A DNA stretch of 64,000 nucleotides from positions 35,774,001-35,838,000 of the forward strand of contig NC_043001.1 of the NCBI RefSeq assembly GCF_006345805.1, given 5' to 3'. The notes beneath the pieces were generated by a model that searched no databases, was not told the DNA's origin, and saw only the letters and a list, made by a program, of their open reading frames with translations. Positions 54,682-64,000 of this stretch are shown here, one piece after another. Each line of letters begins with the position of its first letter. The stretch's first letter is position 1. This stretch comes from Octopus sinensis (Eukaryota). The position numbers and the translations under genes are program-made.

Positions 54682-55497
54682 CTAAAGTTGATTCAGAGTA
54701 GTTACTAACACATTGTTCCTTTAACAAATTTTACTAGTCTGTAAAGAAAGTTTACTACATAGAGTGCTTCCCACTGTAGAATAAGCTAGTCACGAGTTTG
54801 CAACTGCAATCCAATTTCATTATCGTACTGAGTATCATGTCGTTCTTGCAATGCTTATACGTTTAGGAGAGGCAACTGGTCGGAAATAGATATACTATTC
54901 TCCAAAATAAGATTTTTCTATGAGCATTATCAGCGATATAGAAAGTAGTTTTGCACTAATTGAATGAACGACCTACTTCCGATTCAGAAAAAAAAAGTAA
55001 GCATTAACTTCCTCTTCAATAAATTATTGATGACAATAGAAGTATCATGGCAGTCTCAAATTTCTGTTTTCTTTCTGTTAAGCTTAGGAAGTATAAATAT
55101 TTGTTTTGTCTTTCACCTGGCGCTACAACGCTGAGCTAACTCTTATCTGTATACTCCAATTCAACAAAGCATCGGGGAAACCAGCCGCGAAACAGGAGGA
55201 TTTTGTCATGTCATTTACGACATATTTTAGTCTCAAAATGGTCCAGTTCATTCAGTAGCAAAAGAATGAGTCCAGTAGCGAAGTGTTTAAATCTGGATTC
55301 CGAGATAAAGAAGATTCTCGTTGACAACAGTCGTAATAAATTCCAAAGTTACTGACAGTCACAAGGTAGCGTTATGAGAACGTGCCTCGATCTGTAGCAG
55401 TTGCAGCAAGTGTTTTGTAATATAGAGTGCTGCCATCGTACAGTTTTAAATTATCTTCTGTTTTGAATAAGTCCCCAAGAAAAGAGTGAGCTTGCAA

Positions 55498-55912
55498 AGG
55501 CGGAGAGCTGGCAGAAGCATTAGCACGCCGGGCGAAATGCGTAGCCGTATTTCGTCTGCCGTTACGTTCTGAGTTCAAATTCCGCCGAGGTCGACTTTGC
55601 CTTTCATCCTTTCGGGGTCGATTAAATAAGTACCAGTTACGCACTGGGGTCGATGTAATCGACTTAATCCGTTTGTCTGTCCTTGTTTGTCCCCTCTGTG
55701 TTTAGCCCCTTGTGGGTAGTAAAGAAATAAGTATTTCGTCTGCCGTTACGTTCTGAGTTCAAATTCCACCGAGGTCGACTTTGCCTTTCATCCTTTCGGA
55801 GTCGATTAAATAAGTATCAGTTACGCACTGGGGTCGATGTAATCAACTTAATCCCTTTGTCGATCCTTGTTTGTCCCCTCTGTGTGTAACCCCTTGTGGG
55901 CAATAAAGAAAT
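55498..55912 (+). mobile_element. SINE family B head-to-tail dimer within one 13-bp direct repeat
   Basis: Full copy 55498-55730 plus headless copy 55731-55912; AAGAAAAGAGTGA at 55477-55489 and 55913-55925. Confidence 0.88.
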
Positions 55913-55997
55913 AAGAAAAGAGTGAATTTCAGTCAAATTTATTTGATTTTGACATGATTAATATAAAAAATAATGAATCTTCAATAAAATCAGAATC

Positions 55998-56498
55998 CAG
56001 TAATCCCTCAATTATCGCGGGTGTTACGTTCCCAAAACCACTGCGATAGGTGAAATTCCGCGAAATAGAAACAGTACTGTATTTTTTTAATATTAGTTTT
56101 ATAATTTGTATATATTTATTAATTATAAATGCAAAACAACACCATACACTCGGCTCCCGAGTTTCCTTTTCCATAGAGTATGCGATTCTTTGTTTACTCA
56201 GCTATAGTATGCTATGTATTTTCTTTTAAGATATTTTAATTAATGTGTTTTACAATGCAATACTGTACTGTATTTTTATTTATTAATTCATTAATTTTTA
56301 GGCGTGAAAAGGCTTATTTTATCACAGAAAAAATAAAATCTAAAAAATATAAATATATATCGGCCGCAGAAACTCGCGATAAACTGAGGAGTCCGCAATA
56401 TAAATTTATATATATATATATATATATATATTAGTCAGAAAAATCCGCGATGTACTGAGTGCGCGATCGGCGAAGCGCGATATAGCGAGTGACTACTG
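55998..56498. mobile_element. Tigger/MER2-like MITE
   Basis: Imperfect TIRs CAGTAATCCCTCAATTATCGCG...CGCGATATAGCGAGTGACTACTG; TA on the right, TC on the left. Confidence 0.75.
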
Positions 56499-58534
56499 TA
56501 TTCCTTGAGAAATTTATAGAATTATTTTTATACTGAAGTAATAAAACTTCCTAACAACCAGTTGTTGAAGACAATTTTTGAAGCCCTGAAATAATAGAGT
56601 CAGCGTTAGTCGGTTAAATTCATCCATCTAGTGGACTGGTACTATATCTTTTTGACCCTAAAATGGAGACAAAATAAACGATGGTGCTATCTGAGCGCAA
56701 GACTTCCGCCGTTCTAACGATTCTGCATATTCACCGCCCTTTAAACCACAGTAATATAATTATTTATCACATAGGCACAAGGCTACAAATTTGACAGTAG
56801 TAGTAGTAGTAGTAGTAGTAGTATGGGAGCATGCGCTGTAACAACAGTTTCTAATTTGTTGGCGATTCCCTACTTTTGGCGTATGATACCTTTGCATCAC
56901 TCAGGCGAAAACGTTAGGTCTGTTCTTTGACATGCCGATCTCCACACAGCTGTTAACTGTAGACTGGCACCTTATTTTATCAGGTCGAAATTACGAAAGT
57001 CAAAGTTTATACTGATGGGTGTAGAATCCCAAACGTAAAGTAACAGAAAAAATACCACAAGGCATTTTTTCCGACGTTAAATGATTCTTCCTGTCCATCA
57101 CCCTTTAATTTCACAGTTAGATAATAAAGGAAGTTAACTGATCCCTCTGAATTGAACATATTTCTAGTGTTGCCATCACTTCCAAAGATGCTAAAGACTT
57201 CAAAACGTTCCAAAATGTTCGTATAAACATTCATTGTGCTTTGCAAAGAATGATGCTAAAACTAAATTGAACATGTATACACATTTCTAATAATCGTATA
57301 TAATTTATCTTACGTTAATGCATACATTGACAAATGTCTGGACATCTGCAGTAAATGTGTGTGTGTGTGTGTGTGAGAGTGAGAGAGAGCGACTAGATAT
57401 TCGTTTTCTATAAAATGTGCTATCGTTGTTGTAATGGTAGCTCTTGTTCTGACGGTGGTGTACTCGCTAAGGTATTTATATTAATGATATCCGCAATCTT
57501 TTTGTCTCAGAAATGTTACAGCACTGAATTAAATAATTCTTGATATTCCTCCCATCGTTCCACGAAGTTCAAATAATATCGGGGCTGACTGTGTTCGTCT
57601 ACCATTTGGGAGGAACAATACAAATACAAGTGCAAGTAAACACCGTGAACCTTATTCAATCTATTCCATCTGTTCTTTGTTATATTTCAAACATTATGAT
57701 TATGTATCCCGACTCTGAACTGAATCACCTCTCATTTTCTGAATTCCATTTATCTTTCTAAAAACATTGGTGGTGGTGATGGTGGTAGTGATGGTGGTGG
57801 TAGTAGTAGTAATGTTAATAATAAAGCATCTTTGCATTTTGGTTCATTATTTTAAGACTTTCTTTACATAGAATGGAAAAACGTTCAGTGATAAAAAGCC
57901 ATCTACCGAGGCAGTTCATTCAGTACTACGATCCCTGCCGTTACTATAATCGACCTTGAAAACTATGGAGTTGGTTTCAATCTTTATAACATTAAAATTA
58001 TTTTTTCTTTGAGATTTAAACGCAGCATGATATGCAAAATTATTTTTATTCTTTAAATTCACGAATAGATTATTTTTATTATCAATTACATCCAGCAAGC
58101 AAATGCACTCACTTTTTTTAATAGTATTTTACTAATTTTTTTTTTTTTCCTAAATTATCCATAAACCCATTTAGTTCCTTGTTTAAGAAGAATACCGATC
58201 TTTGTATTGACGCAACCTATAACATCTGTAATTAAACTAGGTTAATGGAGATAATTGAAAGTAACATGAAACAATGCGGTTTGTTAAATGGCAAATGAAT
58301 GAAAAGCGCATTTTGTTTTGAAGATTAATGAGATAATTCTAGAATTAAGTGTATGCTGACATTGACGATGTGGTATACCAACCGATAAAGAACAAAATTT
58401 TTTCCTTCCTTTGTGTTCTTGTATCGAACTAAAGAATCAGTATGTTCTAGAACCAGAGGTTGCACGAGTTCGTGCAAATCTTTCACATATTCCAGCATTT
58501 TCTAATTCGGATTCGTTATTATTTTATTTTTATT

Positions 58535-58790
58535 GTGGAGGCGCGTGGCTTAGTGGTTAGGGCGTCAGCATTATTGATCGTAAGATTGCGGTTTCGATTC
58601 CTGGACCGGGCGACGCGTTAGTGTTCTTGAGCAAAACACTTCATTTCACGTTGCTCCAGTCCACTCAGCTGGCAAAAATGAGTAACGCTGCGTTGGACAG
58701 GCGTCCCATCCTGCTGGGGAACACATACTCCACAGAAACCGGGATCATGAGCCTGGCTAGGCTTTAAAGGGGCGCATTTACTTATTATTT
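58535..58790 (+). mobile_element. CORE-like SINE
   Basis: tRNA head GGCGCGTGGCTTAGTGGTTAGGG, then TTCTTGAGCAAAACACTT...CTCAGCTGGCAAAAATGAGT (CORE-like domain). Confidence 0.8.
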
Positions 58791-60380
58791 TTATTATGCT
58801 TTTATGTTTTCCTTTTCAAAGCCTTTCTCACTATATCAATCAATGTTGCTATGCAGAGACATTCTTAATGGAAAGGTAGCCAATCCGAAATTTTTTAAAT
58901 GACCGAAAGATTAAATATACTAACTACTACGTATGGTTTTGGTTTTGAGCATTTATTCTTGTGTTATCTGTGTCTATCTTCCTCTAGAGAAAGGGGACAT
59001 GACAGGTGTTATGCTTAATCATTATCTCCTCGATCACATGGTGTCTTAACTATTTACATTATTCTGTGGCAGGTCACTTTACAAAACTCTTCGCTCGTGT
59101 TATCTGACTATGTATCATAGTAACCTATCACTTATTTATGAATGTTGAAAGTGCCGCCAAATGGCTGCACAACATCGCTAAATGGTTGTACACTGGATAG
59201 CCTTAAGAACAAAAGCGGAAGCCAGTCATTATAAATTTAGTTCTTCGTTTCGATAAATACACATCAAAAAGCAAGATAGCTCTGTACAAAACCGAAAAGT
59301 AGACTCGCTTACTTTGAGATTAAGAAGATTATTAATCACAAGGCTATCAATTTTGAATCATAGCCTCACTACGTTGTTGAGTTCAGTTAGATATACGAGA
59401 ATCCTGTTATATTATTTACTTTATATACACATACAAACGCACGTCTACACAAACCCATGTGTATATCATGCAATGACTTCAACATTGGCGAGTTATGAAT
59501 GAATAAAACAGTGACTGACACACTAAACGTTGGATTTAAGGGACCTTTTTTGCGTAAACGCATTATGCTTTAAATCAAACATACATAAAAGTGTGCATGT
59601 ATGTGCGTCTCATAAATTGAATATATATTGTAACATTTCCGTACGTGTCTTACACACAGTGATACATACATACATACATACATACATACATAATACATAC
59701 ATACATACATACGTACCACTATACCTTCTCCCCTTTAATTTTTTGTGTCTTTGTACTTAGGGTAAGTTTGTTCTGTTAATATATAAATATCTATATATTT
59801 ATACTTGAATATTCACCGTCTGAAAATATCCAGGTTTTGCTTTATTTGTTCATTGGCATTATTATCTCCATATCTGCTCGTCTGGATTCCTCTCATAGTC
59901 ACTCTTTACCCCAGCGGACTTAGTAGTCCTCGGTAAAAGATTTCAAAATGAAATTTCAAATCATTTGAGTGACACAAAGTGTACACGCACACATACGCAG
60001 AATTCACATAGCTATATGTACTAGCGTGTGTATATATACGTGTGACCGTGAAAGTAGCAAGGAAACTATCTACGGGAGAATATATTCCTGGCAACTGAGT
60101 CAGGTATGCAAAGCATGTTCTGCGGACAGCCTTTTAAGTAATGGATATATCAAAGTCACGTTGAAAGAAAATTATATTGGTTGTGACTGAGAAGCGATTA
60201 TAAAATGCATATTCACAGGGAACAATTAACTTTTATAATTAACTCCTGCATCTATATTTTCTGGTCCATTATTTAATAATTTATAGAAAGATAATTCATG
60301 TTGAGCTTGGTATGAGTACAGAAGATGCGATACACACACACACACACACACACACTCACGTAAGGAATATATAAACGTAC

Positions 60381-60528
60381 CTAGAACTGTTAATAATTTT
60401 TTCATAATTAGAAAACCATTCAATTCGTGCTGCTCCAACAATCAAACAATCAAGACGTGCTGGCTGGTTTCTCTGGACTAGTACATAGTCCAAAAATTTC
60501 TCCTCTGCCAAATGTGGTACTCCGGGTT
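60381..60528 (-). CDS. PTK7: PTK7-like exon A (first in window): N-terminal half of an Ig domain (Ig3 equivalent)
   Basis: Minus strand: acceptor ...catgttctttcag|AA, donor TCTAG|gtacgt. 148 bp = 2 nt + 48 codons + 2 nt: PGVPHLAEEKFLDYVLVQRNQPARLDCLIVGAARIEWFSNYEKIINSS(R). Has the Ig B-strand Cys and C-strand Trp. Ends in phase 2, matching exon B. Resembles recalled human PTK7 Ig3 (DVVVARYEEAMFHC...LQW...ITNRSR). Confidence 0.88.
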
Positions 60529-60819
60529 CTGAAAGAACATGAAGACGGTGGTAATAGTAACGTTGGTTGGTAAATGAATGAAAGAAAGAAAGAAAAACAG
60601 GCGGATGAATGAAGTGAGAGAATCTGAACAAAAATAACAATAAATATTTCAGAAATAGTTACCGCTTGAAAGAGTAAAAACTGTTCAATTTTCAACTGAA
60701 TGAATAAAATAATTTACTACAAATAAAACGTTGAGATATTTTAAGATATTTGTTTTTTATGCTATTTGAAGAAATATAAAATTGATCTATTCTAAATATT
60801 GCTTTCGAATTTTGGCACA

Positions 60820-60930
60820 AGGATCTCGATTTCGGGGTAAAGTGTAAGTAGGTTACATCGATCCAAGTTCTCAACTGGTACTTATTTTATCGACCACGAA
60901 AGGATGAAAGCAAAATCGAACCTCAGCGGA
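60820..60930 (-). mobile_element. SINE family B fragment
   Basis: Reverse complement of the central domain (TTTCATCCTTTCGTGGTCGATAAAATAAGTACCAG). Confidence 0.65.
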
Positions 60931-61276
60931 CATATTCTAAATACTTAAAAAGTGGAAAAATCCATTTTAAATTAAATGCTTTTATGGTAGTAGCAGTGGT
61001 GGTGGTAGGAAAACAACTACACCGCGAGACTTTTAATTTTGATTTCGAACTTCGAGATTCAAATTTTAAAGAGGTGAACAAATGACTTCAGCGAAAACAA
61101 ATAATTAGTAATTAATTAAGCACTTCAGCAAAAACAAATAACTTAATTCCACAGAACAGTTCTGACTAACCACGAGAAGACGTAATGCAGGTGAGATATG
61201 CCAACGACTTGCTAGATAAAAACACGCACATGTTTATTAATTAAGATACTGTAATCTTTACTGTTTATCAATTAAG

Positions 61277-61600
61277 GGAGGGCGCGTGGCTTAGTGGTTA
61301 GGGCATTCGGCTCATGATCGTAAGGTTGTGAGTTCGATTCCCGGCGACGCGTTGTGTCCTTGAGCAAGACACTTTATTTCACGTTGCTCCAGTCCACTCA
61401 GCTGGCAAAAATGAGTTGTACTTGTATTTCAAAGGGTCAGCCTTGTCACTCTCTGTGTCACGCTGATTATCCCCGAGAACTACGTTAAGGGTACACGTGT
61501 CTGTGGAATGCTCAGCCATTTGCACGTTAATTTCACGAGCAAGCTGTTCCGTTGATCGTATCAGCTGGGACCCTCGTCGTCGTAACCGGCGGAGTCTTTA
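61277..61600 (+). mobile_element. CORE-like SINE with family C tail
   Basis: Head and core as at 58535; tail as in 19785-19960. Confidence 0.82.
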
Positions 61601-63073
61601 AAGATCAATTAAGATACTGTAAACCTGATGAAACAGCTTACACAAAACTGTGGCTGCACTAGAGATATAAAAGACCTTCTCACTCGGGGTTGACTTGATC
61701 ACCTTTCAAATATCAAAGTTCTTCTCTCAAAATTAGCTGTTGGTGTATATTTTAGCCAAAAGAGAACCTGATTAAACACATCTATGATAAAAAGCATTTC
61801 AAATAAAGTCATTCTTGTCTTTGCCATCTCTTCCCGCCTTGTGCAGTGCAGCTATTAATTATATTTATCTAACGAGCCCTTTCTCTGACTGAACGTAGGA
61901 ATTTGTGAGAGTTTCAGTTGCTTTATCTAGCAAATGAAGATATTTCTTTCATGTATATGGTATGCATTCTTTCCTATACGAATACAATTGCCTATCTGGA
62001 AGTATCAGCTGCGATAACATTCTATTTATTAGTCTACGTATGTTTTTTTATCTTCAAATATTCTTTTAATATTCTTAACGATATAACCCATATTTAGTTA
62101 AAAGATTATCACTTGATAAATTTCTTGATATAAAAATATTTTGTTTGATTCCTGTTAATAAACTAAGAATTTATTATATAAGTTTAGTATTTTTCACTTA
62201 GAATGAATACGAGCATTGCGCAAATGTAATTGTTTACATCTAGTGTTGACGCAAATAAATTAACTTTTCACTAAAATAGCTTGAGTTAACTTTTCATGTA
62301 TACAACACGTGAGGATATGAGCTGTGTATGTGTACAATGTATTGTTGTTTGCGTGTGCTAAAGTTAATTAAATTTTTCAACAAATACAAAATATCATCTG
62401 ATATGAAAACTCTAAACGGAGCCATTTTAATAATATGAAATAACCAGTGACATTCATGTTTCTTGCTGACTGAGTTCCGCGTCTAATCTTTTTCGTTATA
62501 ATCCACGGGACAAACGTTACTGAACCAACATATTCGTAATATTTGTCAACAGTGGAGCAAGAGAAATATGAGGAATACGAAGAAAAAGAAGGAAGCAGAC
62601 ACAGCGAGAGAGATGGGGGGGGGAAGAAGGAAAGAGAAAAAGAAGGATAGACATCGATGGACAGGCAGATAAAGAAACCACAAAAAGAAAGTGTAGACGG
62701 AGAACAGTAAAGGAGATGGGAAGTGAAGGGAAGTGAGAGGTAAATGTAATAGTTCTTTATGAGCTTAACAATCAGATCTGGATGATGAAATTATGTATAA
62801 TTATTGTTAATATTCAGCATCATGATGAAGCGAGTGACATTACTAGGACAGCGTTAGATGCGTGGGTGGGAGTGACGCAGAGCTCGTTTAGTTTCCTTTT
62901 ATTGAAAATATTCAAGCTGATTCGCGGCGAGATTTTTTTTTTCTTTTTTTTTCGAGTATTACAAAAATATAGGAATCAGAAAATAAATTTTCCAGAAAAA
63001 CGTACTAGGATAAATCCTCAAATGTACTGATATGTACTAAAAACGAAAATATGGTAAACGGGTGTTTAGGTAA

Positions 63074-63176
<103 letters not shown>

Positions 63177-63189
63177 AAGAACGGAGAAA

Positions 63190-63333
63190 AGGACAAGAAA
63201 AAAACAACAACGCGAGGACGAGGTATATGCAAAGTATTAATAAGACTCCCAGGGAAGGAAAGAGCGTTTTACGTTTCGAGCATAGCTCTTCTTCAGAAAC
63301 AGGAGACAGAGGAAAACGGAGGAAAAAAATCGC

Positions 63334-63336
<3 letters not shown>
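63190..63336 (-). mobile_element. Hammerhead-bearing short repeat, copy 3
   Basis: Collinear with copy 1 (AACAACGCGAGGACG...CAGGGAAGGAAAG...AATCGCCAA); embedded between (TA)n tracts. Confidence 0.6.
63265..63301 (-). ncRNA. Minimal type-I hammerhead ribozyme motif (intact core)
   Basis: RNA: UGUUU CUGAAGA A GAGC-UAU-GCUC GAAAC GUA AAACG. Stem I is 4 Watson-Crick pairs plus a U-G pair. Confidence 0.68.
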
Positions 63337-63397
<61 letters not shown>

Positions 63398-63399
63398 AT

Positions 63400-63440
<41 letters not shown>

Positions 63441-63739
63441 TGCATATAGATGCATATATAATGTATAGATGCATATATGTACACATACACATATTCATGT
63501 GTGTGTGTGTATACCCATTTCCTTTAACTCTCCCTATATTTCTCTCTCTTGAGTATACTTTTCTCTTTCTTCTCTCCCTAATCACACATCAGTCTAGACT
63601 CTTCGTATTTATATACGCACACACACATTTAGCGACATACACACCTCTCTGTCTCACTACAAGGACTTTACTTCTTATTTTAAACTGACTTCTCAAACAA
63701 GTTTGTGCTTTCCTCTTTGGTTATCGCTATCTCTCTCCC

Positions 63740-64000
63740 TCGCTGTCTGTCTGTCTGGGTCTCTGTATGTCTGTCAGTCTGTCTTTCAGTCTGTCTGTTC
63801 GTCTGTCTGTCAGTCTGTCAGTCTGTATTCCAGTCTATCAGTGTTTCTGTCAGTCTGTCCGTCTGTCTGTCAGTCCCTTTTTCTGTGTGTCTGTCTCACT
63901 TTGTCTGTCTGTCTGTCAGTTTCTCTTTCAGTCTGTCTGTCAGTCTCTTTTTCTGTGTGTCTGTCTCACTTTCTGTCTGTCTGTCAGTCTCTTTTTCTGT
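63740..64000. repeat. (CTGT)/(CAGT) compound tetranucleotide repeat running off the window end
   Basis: Direct reading. Confidence 0.9.

Noticed and set aside
61277-61350. tRNA-like sequences (also 58535, 29551 and 26510-26535)
   Set aside because: A/B-box heads of SINEs continuing into SINE bodies; no complete cloverleaf.

Overview
AT-rich eukaryotic genomic DNA dense in (TA)n/(CA)n microsatellites and tRNA-derived SINEs. The repeat repertoire looks like an octopus/coleoid genome; this is inferred from recalled repeat families, not from a database search. The only supportable protein-coding content is four short minus-strand exons (60528-60381, 23127-22997, 17573-17444, 1855-1689). They have canonical AG/GT ends, splice in frame and encode two consecutive Ig domains resembling Ig3-Ig4 of PTK7/CCK4/off-track; the gene runs off both window ends. 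Introns are 37,253, 5,423 and 15,588 bp and hold about 30 SINE copies, two pogo/Tigger-like MITEs, a hAT MITE, a non-autonomous Helitron, a mariner relic, a CR1-type LINE 3' end and several local duplications. Best leads: (i) a short ORF-less repeat family carrying minimal type-I hammerhead ribozyme motifs (3 copies; two with intact cores on the gene's sense strand, with a compensatory change in stem I); (ii) all three antisense copies of the main SINE family have lost or weakened the cryptic 3' splice AG; (iii) the PTK7 Ig4 domain lacks its first canonical cysteine. Nearly all entries in the supplied ORF track are translated microsatellites or SINE fragments. Repeat boundaries are read by eye and are approximate unless exact termini are quoted.
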